Positions 19,226-29,169 of a stretch of 64,000 nt of DNA are shown in pieces. How positions within the stretch are numbered: position 1 is the first letter of the stretch; the number at the start of each line of letters is the position of its first letter. Origin of the DNA: an uncultured Pseudomonadota bacterium (GTDB taxonomy: Bacteria; Pseudomonadota; Alphaproteobacteria; RF32; CAG-239); NCBI GenBank assembly GCA_949295005.1, contig CASFJL010000002.1, forward strand, positions 21,507 to 85,506. Direction: 5' to 3'. Made by a program: the position numbers and the translations under genes. Under the pieces are notes generated by a model that saw only the letters and a program-made list of their open reading frames with translations, made no database searches and was not told where the DNA came from.

Positions 19226-19813
19226 TTATTTTATTGTTGCGCTCAGTGTGGTAGCAATTTGTTTGGCCAATTCATTTACCAATGTGCTTTCTGTCTGAAT
19301 TAGGTCATCAAAATTGTTATTGGTTTGGAGTGAAATGTTAGCTTTTTTTGTAATGATGACATCTCCGTTTTTGTTAGCAATATACCACCAACCAACAAGA
19401 TTGGCTTGGCTGTCCAGAGCTCCTTCAAATTTTTCTATTTCTACAAAAACCAAATAATCAAATTTTTCTTGTCCTAAATAGCGTGGCTTAACTAATGCTT
19501 TGGGCATATATAAAGATATGTCATTTGCCAAAGTTCTTTGCATCATACTGGAAAGAGGTTCACTCCAGCGATTGGCTTCTGAAAAACTCAGTTCAACAGA
19601 ATTTGGTGCTTTTAGTACAATTTGCGGTTTATCCAGATATGTGGGGATTTTTATTTCTTCTACGCCGATTTTACTAAACTTTTGAGAAACAGGTGTTATG
19701 TCATCTACATTTGCATTTTTAAGGCTATAAAATTTAGATGGTGCACTTGTTCCAACACTAAAACATCCGCTTAAGTTTAAGCTAATAAGCAAACACAATA
19801 GAATTTTTTTCAT
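19226..19813 (-). CDS. ABC-transport auxiliary lipoprotein (YmbA/PqiC-like)
   Basis: Lipobox LSGC. About 195 aa. Sits immediately downstream of the MCE-domain gene, the usual position for this family. Confidence 0.65.
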   Translation of the reverse strand: MKKILLCLLISLNLSGCFSVGTSAPSKFYSLKNANVDDITPVSQKFSKIGVEEIKIPTYLDKPQIVLKAPNSVELSFSEANRWSEPLSSMMQRTLANDISLYMPKALVKPRYLGQEKFDYLVFVEIEKFEGALDSQANLVGWWYIANKNGDVIITKKANISLQTNNNFDDLIQTESTLVNELAKQIATTLSATIK

Positions 19814-19814
19814 A

Positions 19815-20576
19815 TTAATATCCTCCTTTTCCTTTTAATAATGCTTCCGGATGTCTTTCTAAATAATCAGCTAAATTTCTGAAAGATTTGGCAGCTTGTC
19901 CAATATCTACAATAGCTTGATTTAAATTTCTGACCGTGTCTGATGAAGCCTGAGAGTTTTTGCTGATGACGTTGTCCAGCTCACTGATAACTTTATGAAT
20001 GCGGGGCATTTCTTTATTTAGGTTATCAAAAAACAAGTTAAAAGCTTCTACACTATGCCTGAAGGGGAGTTGTTGAAAACCTTTAGATAATTCACCCAAT
20101 TGTGATAAGGCGGTTGGAATTTCAACAAATTGAGAATTATTGTTTTTTAAGATAACAGGTGTATCCGGTAGCATTTCAAATTCTATCATTAATTGTCCGG
20201 TTACAAAACTTTGAGTGGCCAAGCGTGCTCTTAAACCTTTTTTGATTAATTCTTTCAATAGCAAATTTTTATTTTCATATCCTTGCATGGAGGCTATGCT
20301 TTGTTGGTTCATTTTTGCATAAACCGGAATGTTAAAATCTAATGTTTTAGGGTCAGTTAACAGTCCTATTTTTGAGACTTGACCTACTTCAACACCTTTG
20401 AATACAACCGGAGAGCCTACATTTAAGCCTGTTATGGATTCTTCAAAAAACATAACAATTTGGTTTTCTTTGTTTGAAAATTTGTTTTTGAAAAAGTTTA
20501 AAGTGACAAGCAGAAATACACTTAAGCCGATGATTACAAACAGACCTATCATCTTAGTATTTGGTTCTTTACGCAT
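19815..20576 (-). CDS. MCE/MlaD-family substrate-binding protein
   Basis: N-terminal TM anchor plus MCE domain (ITGLNVGSPVVFKGVEVGQVSKI). Confidence 0.8.
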   Translation of the reverse strand: MRKEPNTKMIGLFVIIGLSVFLLVTLNFFKNKFSNKENQIVMFFEESITGLNVGSPVVFKGVEVGQVSKIGLLTDPKTLDFNIPVYAKMNQQSIASMQGYENKNLLLKELIKKGLRARLATQSFVTGQLMIEFEMLPDTPVILKNNNSQFVEIPTALSQLGELSKGFQQLPFRHSVEAFNLFFDNLNKEMPRIHKVISELDNVISKNSQASSDTVRNLNQAIVDIGQAAKSFRNLADYLERHPEALLKGKGGY

Positions 20577-21342
20577 TTTTCTTTTCCCCTCGGGTTAAAA
20601 AATTTAAAACTTTTTGATTGGGCGGATTTTTCAGGAGTTGCTTGGGGTCTCCGTATGCTCCGACACCTTTTTGTTCTGCATCTAAAAAAATTGAGTTTGT
20701 TCCTATGGCAAAAATAGAGCTTAATTCATGTGTCACAACAACAATTGTTGTTCCCAAACTTTGATTGATTTCTATAATCAAGTCATCAAGGAGTTTGGAG
20801 CTTATGGGGTCAAGACCAGCCGAGGGTTCATCAAAATATACAATTTCTGGGTCAAGGGCCAAGGCTCTGGCCAAGCCGGCTCTTTTTTTCATACCGCCGC
20901 TGATTTCTGATGGATAAAAATCTTCAAATCCGGATAATCCGACTAACGCTAATTTTAAGCTCACAAGTTCTGATATTAATTTGGTGGAATAATTTGTGTA
21001 TTGTTGTAAAGGAAGAGCTATATTTTCTGCTAATGTCATAGAGCTAAACAATGCACCGCTTTGATATAAGATACCGCATTTTTTCATAATTTCATCTTTT
21101 TGAAATTGCGATGCTTTTGTAAAATTTATGTCATTTATAAAAATGTTTCCTTTTGATGGGGGCACCAATCCGGTTAAAGCCCTCAACATACTGCTTTTGC
21201 CGCAGCCGCTGCCACCCATGATAATAAAAACATCTCCTTTTTTGACATCAAAATTAACATGTTCCATTAAAACAAAATCACCATAAGATATGGTTAAATC
21301 TTGAACACTTATTTTGTTTTGTTTCTCTTTCATATGCCGCAA
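20569..21342 (-). CDS. ABC transporter ATP-binding protein (MlaF-like)
   Basis: Walker A GGSGCGKS, signature ISGGMKKR, Walker B IVYFDEP. Confidence 0.9.
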   Translation of the reverse strand: MRHMKEKQNKISVQDLTISYGDFVLMEHVNFDVKKGDVFIIMGGSGCGKSSMLRALTGLVPPSKGNIFINDINFTKASQFQKDEIMKKCGILYQSGALFSSMTLAENIALPLQQYTNYSTKLISELVSLKLALVGLSGFEDFYPSEISGGMKKRAGLARALALDPEIVYFDEPSAGLDPISSKLLDDLIIEINQSLGTTIVVVTHELSSIFAIGTNSIFLDAEQKGVGAYGDPKQLLKNPPNQKVLNFLTRGEKKNA

Positions 21343-22433
21343 ACCTCAAAAATCATTGTGATGATACCGGTGGCAACTATCATTAATACTATGGATGAAA
21401 CCACAGCTTTTGTTGTTGATAAGCCCACACTGTCTGCATTGCGTCCGCAATTGATGCCATAATAACAACCTGATAAGGCAATTATTATTCCAAATACAAA
21501 ACCGTGAAATACGCCAACTAAAAAATTGGTTAAATTTAGAGCATCAACAGAAAATTTCCAATATTCTTGCGGTGATATGTCCAACATTATCACTCCTACA
21601 AACGCACCGCCCAACATTCCCATAAAATCTGCCAAAACCGTTAAAATCGGCATACTGATTATTAAACTCAACATTCTGGGTAAAACCAAAAAATCTATTA
21701 CGGGAATGCCCATGGTTTTTAGCGCGTCAATTTCTTCATTTACTTGCATGGTGCCGATGGTAGCGGCATAAGAGGCTCCGGTTCTGCCAGACATTATAAT
21801 TCCGGCCATTATGGCTCCCATAATGCGTGTCATGCCGATTGTGACCAAACTGGCAACATAAATTTGGGCTCCAAATGTTTTTAATTGAATTGCGCCAACA
21901 AATGCTAAAATCAATCCAACCATAAAGCTCACAAGCGACATTATGCCAATAGCTTTGTATCCGCAGTCTTCAAGTGAAAATAAAAAATCTGCTTTCCTTA
22001 AAATGGCTTTCCCTTTAAAAAATCTGCCCCATGATTGAAGTGTTTGCCCAATGAAAGAAACGGCTCTATTAAGGCTTTGGTATAAGCCTAAAGCAAAAAT
22101 ACCGACAACTTCTAAAAAAGGAGATTTTCTTGAAGTTTGCAGAGAGGGTTTTCTATCTACTTCTATGGATAATTCTATTAAATGTTGTAAGTTTTCGGGC
22201 ATATTTTCAAAATGCAACGGAATGTTATTCTTCTGGGTGATTTTTGCTATTTGATATAATATGACCAGTAAAGTTGAATCCCATAATTTTAATTCTGCTG
22301 CATTGATGTTTACTGATGTGGACTTATCTGCCAGAGCATATAATTGTGTTTTGTCTGGCGTATTATCATAATGAATAATGTCTTCTTTTAATAAGATGTG
22401 AAGTTCTTTATTTTTGGTTTCAAATTTTAACAC
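21330..22433 (-). CDS. MlaE-family ABC permease with an N-terminal extension of about 100 aa (STAS-like?)
   Basis: The C-terminal 260 or so residues are a typical MlaE permease (GAQIYVASLV, MQVNEEIDAL). The N-terminal soluble extension is absent from E. coli MlaE. Confidence 0.8.
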   Translation of the reverse strand: MLKFETKNKELHILLKEDIIHYDNTPDKTQLYALADKSTSVNINAAELKLWDSTLLVILYQIAKITQKNNIPLHFENMPENLQHLIELSIEVDRKPSLQTSRKSPFLEVVGIFALGLYQSLNRAVSFIGQTLQSWGRFFKGKAILRKADFLFSLEDCGYKAIGIMSLVSFMVGLILAFVGAIQLKTFGAQIYVASLVTIGMTRIMGAIMAGIIMSGRTGASYAATIGTMQVNEEIDALKTMGIPVIDFLVLPRMLSLIISMPILTVLADFMGMLGGAFVGVIMLDISPQEYWKFSVDALNLTNFLVGVFHGFVFGIIIALSGCYYGINCGRNADSVGLSTTKAVVSSIVLMIVATGIITMIFEVCGI

Positions 22434-22619
22434 AATTTTTTGCCCTTTTTTTTATAAGATAAGTGTATTATTCCATAAAAAATATGACATTCAAGATGTA
22501 TTTTTATATTTTTTCGTATGTAAATGTAATCATATTTTTATAAAAAACAACTTTACAAAATAAATTGTCGGAATTACAGTGCCCTGAATTTAAATTTTAT
22601 TTTATATGAGGCAATATTA

Positions 22620-24041
22620 ATGATAAAAGATATGACGGTTGGCAACCCTCTGGGATTAATTATAAAATTTGCAATTCCTCTTTTGTTGGCCAATCTTTTT
22701 CAACAATTGTATAATATTTCAGATATTTTGATTGTCGGTCGTTTTTTGGGTTTGAGTTCTTTGGCTGCAGCCGGTGCTTCTGCTCCGATTTTTTATACGG
22801 TTTTGCTGATTACTTTTGGCTTTACTGCCGGATTATGTGTGATTACGGCTCAAAAATTTGGTGCAAAAGATGAGCAAGGCGTTAGAAAATCTGTTACTCA
22901 TAGTTTGATGGCCAGTGTTGTTTTGAGTGTGTTTATTACTTTTTTCTTGGCTGTGTTTATGAAACCGGTTTTAAGACAAATGAATGTGCCTGAAAATATT
23001 ATGACTGAAACTTATAAGTTTATTTTTACCTTGAATTTAGGGCTGGTTCTGATTGTGGGGTACAATCTTTTAGCCGGATTTATCAGAGCTTTGGGTGACA
23101 GCAAAACGCCTTTATATTTTTTGATTTTTTCTTCTGTTATGAATATTTTGCTTAATTTACTTTTTATATCTGTATTTAAATTGGGTATTGTCGGTTCTGC
23201 TCTTGGTACAATTGTGGCAATGAGTATATCTGTTATTTGTTGTGCTGTTTTTATTTCCCATAAATATCCGATTTTACGTTTGCAAAAGAAAGATTGGGAA
23301 TTTGATAAAAGTTTTATGAAAGAACATTTGCGTATTGCTATTCCAATGTCTTTGCAATTTTCTGTTATTGCCATTGGTTTGTTGATTATTCAAGCTATTT
23401 GCAATTCTTTTGGGGAAAATACAATTGCTGCTTTTACTTCTGCCTTACGAATTGAGCAATTGGGAACTCAGCCTTTGTTGGCTTTGGGAATTGCTATTGC
23501 TACTTATGCTGCGCAAAATTATGGTGCTGGTCAAATTGAACGTATTCAAAAAGGGGTACGCCAAAGTGTGATAATCTGTATAATATTTAGTGTCCTTATT
23601 GCATTGATTGTTCGCTTTTGGGGAGAGAATTTTATTGATGCTTTCTTGAAAGAAAAAAATGATGAAATTATTAAAATCGGGCATGACTATTTAAATATAA
23701 GTACCATGTTTTATCTTTTCCTTGGCTTGATTTTTATTTTTAGAAATGTGTTGCAAGGAATGGGAAAGGTTTTGTTTCCGATTATTGCTAGTATTGCAGA
23801 ATTAGCAATGCGCGTTTTTGCCGCGGTTTATTTGGCAAAAAGTTTAGGCTATTTAGGTTTGTGTTATGCCAGCCCAATCGCTTGGGTCGGTGGAGCCGTC
23901 GTTGTTGTTTTGGGATATTATTTAACTATTCAAAAACTTCAAAAACAAAAATTGCTTAATAAATTTAAGTGGTTGGCTTATAAATTGGGTATATGTAAAA
24001 AATGTGAGCAAGTGATTCAAGATGGGCATGCTCATAGTTAA
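22620..24041 (+). CDS. MATE family efflux transporter
   Basis: 12-TM protein with the typical N-terminus GNPLGLIIKFAIPLLLANLFQQLYNISDILIVGR. Confidence 0.88.
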   Translation: MIKDMTVGNPLGLIIKFAIPLLLANLFQQLYNISDILIVGRFLGLSSLAAAGASAPIFYTVLLITFGFTAGLCVITAQKFGAKDEQGVRKSVTHSLMASVVLSVFITFFLAVFMKPVLRQMNVPENIMTETYKFIFTLNLGLVLIVGYNLLAGFIRALGDSKTPLYFLIFSSVMNILLNLLFISVFKLGIVGSALGTIVAMSISVICCAVFISHKYPILRLQKKDWEFDKSFMKEHLRIAIPMSLQFSVIAIGLLIIQAICNSFGENTIAAFTSALRIEQLGTQPLLALGIAIATYAAQNYGAGQIERIQKGVRQSVIICIIFSVLIALIVRFWGENFIDAFLKEKNDEIIKIGHDYLNISTMFYLFLGLIFIFRNVLQGMGKVLFPIIASIAELAMRVFAAVYLAKSLGYLGLCYASPIAWVGGAVVVVLGYYLTIQKLQKQKLLNKFKWLAYKLGICKKCEQVIQDGHAHS

Positions 24042-24074
24042 AAAAAGTCCGATGAATTTTCATCGGACTTTTTT
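24041..24074. terminator. Bidirectional rho-independent terminator
   Basis: 8-bp stem gtccgatg/catcggac, 6-nt loop, flanking A and T runs. Lies between convergent MATE and RND genes. Confidence 0.75.
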
Positions 24075-24085
24075 GTTGGTTGTTG

Positions 24086-27000
24086 CTATTTCTTTTTTGC
24101 AGAAAATTGTTCATATTCCGCTTTACCGCGTGTTAATTCATATGTTTTCTCACGTATGGTCTGGAACAAAATGTATAACAACGGAATTATAATTAAACCG
24201 GCGACTGTACCAAGCAACATTCCGTAAAATACCGGAACACCGATTGCTACACGGCTGGAAGCGCCGGCACCGGTTGCAACAATCATTGGCCATACACCCA
24301 AAATGAAGGTGAAAGCTGTCATGAGTACGGCACGAAAACGCTCTTTTGTGCCAACCATGGCTGCTTTGACAATGCTTGAACCTCGTTCTCTTTCTTCTTT
24401 AGAGAATTCTACAATCAAAATTGCGTTCTTACTTGCCAAACCAACAAGCAAAATTAATCCTAATTGTGCATAAATACTCAATGGAAGATTGCATATGAAC
24501 AAGCCGGCTAAAGCACCAAGCATGGCAACCGATACAGAAGTCAAAACAGGTAACGGCGTTGACCAACTTTCATATTGAGCAACCAAGAATAAGTAGCCAA
24601 ACGTAATTGCCAAGGCCAATAAATAGCCAATTTGTCCTTGGTTGGATTTTTCTTGATAGCTCATGCCAGACCAGTCATAGCTAAAGCCTGTTGGTAATGT
24701 TTTTGACATTTCTTCTACGGCAGTCATGGCTTGACCTGTACTAACTGAACCGTTTTGGACCGCTGTAATTGTTGCACTTGGATATTGGTTATATCTTGTT
24801 ACAACACGCGGAGATAAGATTTTTGTCAGTTTAACCAATGAACCTAACGGAACCATTTGTCCGGTCGAACTTTGAACATATAAATCTTTGATACTTTCAA
24901 TATCCTTACGGTTTGCCCAATCGGCTTGAATAATAACTTGGTTTACTTGTGTTCCGAAGTTAACGTCATTGATGTAGCTTGAACCCAAATAATTTTGCAG
25001 CGTTGAGAAAATGTTTCCGACCGGAACTTTCATCGCTTCGGCTTTTTCTCTGTCTATATTAACATAAATATTTGGTGTCTTTGCCGTATATGTTGAATAT
25101 GCATATTGAATTTCTGGCATTTGGTTTAATTTTGCTAAAATTCCTTGCAAAGCAGCGTCAATCTTTTGCGGGTTATCCGTATCCATAGATTGCAAGCGAT
25201 AATCCATACCGCCACTGTTTCCAAGTCCGGGGATGGCCGGAACTTCAAAAAGTTGAATATCTGCTTCCGGCATGCCTATTAATTTGGCGCGAATCTTATT
25301 CAAAATGTTGGTTGAATAAAGTTCCGGATCTGTACGTTCATTCCATGGTTTTAAGATAACAATACCCATACCTACGTTTTCACCGCTACCACCAATCATT
25401 GATGTTCCAACAACATTCATCACGCCGCTTACTCCCGGTTCATTTTTCAAAATAGGATATATCTTATCAATGAATTTTTGGGTACGCTCACGTGATGCAC
25501 CTTCAGGAAGTTGAATATTCATCATAATCACACCTTGGTCTTCATTTGGAATGAATGATGTATGGCTGATTTTTAGGAAAGCGTAATTTCCTAGTACCAA
25601 TAATCCTAATAAAAGAGCAATAACGCCAACTTTGCGTCCGATTAAAGCTACAATTCCCGTATAACGATCGCGGGCAAAGTTCAAATATTTATTAAAAATA
25701 TATAACGGACCGCTTGTATAGGGTTTAAGTGGCTTTAACATGGTTGCGCAAAGTGCCGGTGATAAGGTTAAGGCATTGACTGATGAAAAAACAACCGCAG
25801 TGGATATGGCCACGGCAAATTGTTGATAAATTCTTCCTGTGATACCTCCCATAAAACCAACCGGTACAAATATGGCTAACAATACTAAGGTGGTTGCAAT
25901 AACGGCTCCGGATACTTCTTCCATGGCTTTGATAGTGGCTTCTTTTGGTGTTAAACCTTCATTTTCCATCAAATATAAAACACGTTCTACAACCACAATA
26001 GCGTCATCAACCACCAAACCAATGGCTAATACCAAACCAAATAAGGTTAACATGTTGATGCTGTATCCTAAGGCAGACATAACGGCAAAGGTTGCAAAAA
26101 GTGATACCGGAATGGTTAAAGATGGAACCAAAGTGGCGCGCCAATCTTGCAAAAAGAGGTAACATACACCAATAACCAAAGCAAAAGTTAATATAAGTGT
26201 GAATATTACTTCTTCAATTGAGGCACTAATGTAGTTGGTTGCATCATAACCAATTAAATAAGTGATGTCTTCCGGAAAGAATGTTGCCAATCTGGCTAGC
26301 TCTTTTTTGACACCTTCCATTGTTTCCAAAGCATTCGCTCCGGATAACAAGTTTAAGGCTATGGTGACAGATGGAGCATTATTAAATTGAGATGTTATAC
26401 TATAACTTTCTTGACCAATTTCAACACGAGCAATGTCTTTTAAGTAAACAAGGCCTCCTTGCTCTGCCGTTCTGACAACAATGTTTTCAAAGTCTTTAAC
26501 CTCATTCAAACGTCCTTGTGTTTGCAGAGAATAGACCATTTGCTGATTGCCGTCACCAGGCATTGCGCCGACTTTACCTAATGAAGGCTGATAGTTTTGG
26601 CTTTCAATGGCGGCGGTGATTGTATCAAGTGGTAAATTTAAGGCTGCAATTTTATCTGCATCCAACCAAACACGCATTGATGATGCTGAAGCATATATAT
26701 TTACTTCTCCCACACCATTTACACGGCTTAAGCTGTTTTTGATGTTGTTTTCAACATAGTCACTCAATTGTTGCGGTGTAAATGTTCCTTTGGGGGACAT
26801 TACAGTAATGAAACCTAACATATCAGATGAACGTCTTTTTACGGTTAGACCTTGGCGTGTTACATCTGACGGCAATTTTGATGTGGCTTGTTGAATGCGG
26901 TTTTGTACTTTTACTTGCGCCATATCCGGATCAACGCCTACTTTAAATGTAACCGTTAATGAATAACGAGAATCTTCTGATGAAGAACTCATATAAAGCA

Positions 27001-27226
27001 TGTCTTCTACACCATTGATTTCTTCTTCCAACGGAATACCGACAGTTTTTGCTATAACTTCCGCACTTGCTCCCGGGTAGGATGCTGAGACCACAACCTC
27101 AGGCGGGGTAATTTCCGGATATAATGAAATCGGTAACGAAAAAACCGCAATCGCACCAGCTAAGGTCAATACGATGGAAATTACCATCGCAAAACGCGGT
27201 CTTTCAATAAATATTCTTGAAAACAT
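24086..27226 (-). CDS. RND efflux pump permease (AcrB/MexB-like)
   Basis: 1046 aa. N-terminus [37 protein letters not shown] architecture throughout. Confidence 0.93.
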   Translation of the reverse strand: MFSRIFIERPRFAMVISIVLTLAGAIAVFSLPISLYPEITPPEVVVSASYPGASAEVIAKTVGIPLEEEINGVEDMLYMSSSSEDSRYSLTVTFKVGVDPDMAQVKVQNRIQQATSKLPSDVTRQGLTVKRRSSDMLGFITVMSPKGTFTPQQLSDYVENNIKNSLSRVNGVGEVNIYASASSMRVWLDADKIAALNLPLDTITAAIESQNYQPSLGKVGAMPGDGNQQMVYSLQTQGRLNEVKDFENIVVRTAEQGGLVYLKDIARVEIGQESYSITSQFNNAPSVTIALNLLSGANALETMEGVKKELARLATFFPEDITYLIGYDATNYISASIEEVIFTLILTFALVIGVCYLFLQDWRATLVPSLTIPVSLFATFAVMSALGYSINMLTLFGLVLAIGLVVDDAIVVVERVLYLMENEGLTPKEATIKAMEEVSGAVIATTLVLLAIFVPVGFMGGITGRIYQQFAVAISTAVVFSSVNALTLSPALCATMLKPLKPYTSGPLYIFNKYLNFARDRYTGIVALIGRKVGVIALLLGLLVLGNYAFLKISHTSFIPNEDQGVIMMNIQLPEGASRERTQKFIDKIYPILKNEPGVSGVMNVVGTSMIGGSGENVGMGIVILKPWNERTDPELYSTNILNKIRAKLIGMPEADIQLFEVPAIPGLGNSGGMDYRLQSMDTDNPQKIDAALQGILAKLNQMPEIQYAYSTYTAKTPNIYVNIDREKAEAMKVPVGNIFSTLQNYLGSSYINDVNFGTQVNQVIIQADWANRKDIESIKDLYVQSSTGQMVPLGSLVKLTKILSPRVVTRYNQYPSATITAVQNGSVSTGQAMTAVEEMSKTLPTGFSYDWSGMSYQEKSNQGQIGYLLALAITFGYLFLVAQYESWSTPLPVLTSVSVAMLGALAGLFICNLPLSIYAQLGLILLVGLASKNAILIVEFSKEERERGSSIVKAAMVGTKERFRAVLMTAFTFILGVWPMIVATGAGASSRVAIGVPVFYGMLLGTVAGLIIIPLLYILFQTIREKTYELTRGKAEYEQFSAKKK

Positions 27227-27229
27227 GGG

Positions 27230-28390
27230 CTATTTTGCCTCCTGTGTATCTGTTACAAGTTGGGCTTTTACTTCTTGTCCGTTTTTGACTTTTTGTAACC
27301 CTTGTATAATTACTTTATCTTCAGATGATAATCCTTCCAAAACTATTTGATAATCTTCTACCGGATCTCCTAACACAACACGGCGTTGTTCTGCTATGTT
27401 CTTATCATCAACAACGACAACATAGTTACCGTTTTCATCTTGAGCCAGAGCTGCTTGCGGAACCAATATGGCTAATTGAGGCTCTTTGTCCCCAACTTTA
27501 ATGTCAATATAGTTGCCCGGAATAAGTAATTTTTGAGCGTTTTCATATTCGGCATAAATATTAATCGTTGCCGTTTGAGAATCAATCTCATTGCCACTAA
27601 AGACAGATTGTACCGGCTCTGTTAATATTTGTCCGTTTGGCAAAACAAGCTCTGTTTGCATGGTGATTTCTTTCATGTTAGCTTGTCTTGCTTCCAACAT
27701 GTCTTTATCTGTTACTGCAAATGAAACCCTAATCGGACTGACTTGAACAATACGAGCCAAATTATCACTGGAGGAGGTGACATAGTTGCCTTCCGTAATG
27801 TTTGCTTTGCCTATATAACCGGTGAATGGGGCTTTGATTTCAGTGTAATCTAAATCGATTTTGGCTAATTCTAAATTGGCTTCTGCTTGCGCAACTGCTG
27901 CTTTTGCTTGTAAATAGTTGCTTTCAGAAGTATCTAATGTTGCTTTTGAGGCATAATTTTGCTTGCTTAATGATTTTTGGCGTTTGTAATCTCTTTCTGT
28001 TTTTACCAAATTTGCTTTTGCACTGTCTAATTCTGCTTGGCGTAATTCAACATTTGCCAAATAGCGTTTCTGTTCAATAATAAACAGTATGTCCCCTTCA
28101 TTAACCAAACCGCCTTCTTTGAACAAAACTTTTTCTACATATCCGGTGATTTGAGGTTTTAAATCAACACTTTTGATGGCTTCTACACGGCCAATGTAAC
28201 TTTTTTTGGGAGATATTTCTGCTAATTTTACTTGTTTGGTTAAAACATAAGGTGTTCCACCGTCCATACCTGACATATTAGGTACTTGGGGGGTTAAGCG
28301 CGCCTTTAAATACCAACCGGCTCCAACGCATAGGAGCATAATACATACTTTTCTTATAAGGGTAGATTTTTTTATTTTTGTAACACGCAT
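27230..28390 (-). CDS. RND periplasmic adaptor (AcrA/MexA-like)
   Basis: TM/signal anchor, coiled-coil hairpin, lipoyl and beta-barrel segments. 3 nt upstream of the RND permease. Confidence 0.88.
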   Translation of the reverse strand: MRVTKIKKSTLIRKVCIMLLCVGAGWYLKARLTPQVPNMSGMDGGTPYVLTKQVKLAEISPKKSYIGRVEAIKSVDLKPQITGYVEKVLFKEGGLVNEGDILFIIEQKRYLANVELRQAELDSAKANLVKTERDYKRQKSLSKQNYASKATLDTSESNYLQAKAAVAQAEANLELAKIDLDYTEIKAPFTGYIGKANITEGNYVTSSSDNLARIVQVSPIRVSFAVTDKDMLEARQANMKEITMQTELVLPNGQILTEPVQSVFSGNEIDSQTATINIYAEYENAQKLLIPGNYIDIKVGDKEPQLAILVPQAALAQDENGNYVVVVDDKNIAEQRRVVLGDPVEDYQIVLEGLSSEDKVIIQGLQKVKNGQEVKAQLVTDTQEAK

Positions 28391-28393
28391 GTT

Positions 28394-29017
28394 TTATTTT
28401 TCCTCCAATTTTAAATTATGGCAGATGATATTATCAAATCCATATGAAACAAAATCAACAAAACTATAGTTTGCCGATTTGGTTATTTCTTGTCCAATCG
28501 CACCTTTCCAAAAACAGATGAACATTTCTGATGTTTTATTTGTTTCAATTGATGCTGGTATTTCGCCACTTTTTTGCATATTTGTCAATGTTTCTTTTAA
28601 CAATTTGAAAGGTATATCTATAATATCTTCCAAACTCTTGGTAGCTTTTTTATAGATTGTTTCTGACCATTCCATTTGGTAAAGCGCAAAAAACATGAAT
28701 TTTCTAAATTCTTGATGTCTGGAGATGAGTTCTGCTAATGTCAAAAAATATTTTTTTAATTCTTCTATATTACCAACATGCGGAACCTTTGCTCTCATAT
28801 AATTTTGGCTTTGCGTTATGGCTTCTCTGATTATGGCAATCAATAAATCCGGTTTATTGCGAAAATGCCAATATACTGCACCTTTTGTAAAATTTATGCG
28901 CTTGGCTATCTCGTCAAAAGTGGTTTTTGAATAGCCTTTTTCACAAAATAAATCCAATGCCGCTAACAATATGGCATGGCGGGTTTGCTCTGCTTCTTCT
29001 TTTGTTCTTCTTGCCAT
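28394..29017 (-). CDS. TetR/AcrR family transcriptional regulator
   Basis: N-terminal HTH: KGYSKTTFDEIAKRINFTKGAVYWHFRNK. First gene of the tetR-adaptor-RND string. Confidence 0.9.
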   Translation of the reverse strand: MARRTKEEAEQTRHAILLAALDLFCEKGYSKTTFDEIAKRINFTKGAVYWHFRNKPDLLIAIIREAITQSQNYMRAKVPHVGNIEELKKYFLTLAELISRHQEFRKFMFFALYQMEWSETIYKKATKSLEDIIDIPFKLLKETLTNMQKSGEIPASIETNKTSEMFICFWKGAIGQEITKSANYSFVDFVSYGFDNIICHNLKLEEK

Positions 29018-29034
29018 TTTTTCCTCTTAATTTA

Positions 29035-29062
29035 ATTATACATTTTGGTCTGTATGTATAAT
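29035..29062. promoter_or_regulatory. Candidate TetR operator: perfect 9-bp inverted repeat
   Basis: ATTATACAT-N10-ATGTATAAT, 18 nt upstream of the tetR start codon. Each arm also reads as a TATAAT box on one strand. Confidence 0.4.
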
Positions 29063-29169
29063 AAAGTTAAGTAAATTTCAAGCATTTTTTATTTTGTTGA
29101 TTTTTTTTTCTCTTAATTTATAATGCCGAGCGTTAAATAAATTATTAATGTTATTAAATTTTTTATATT

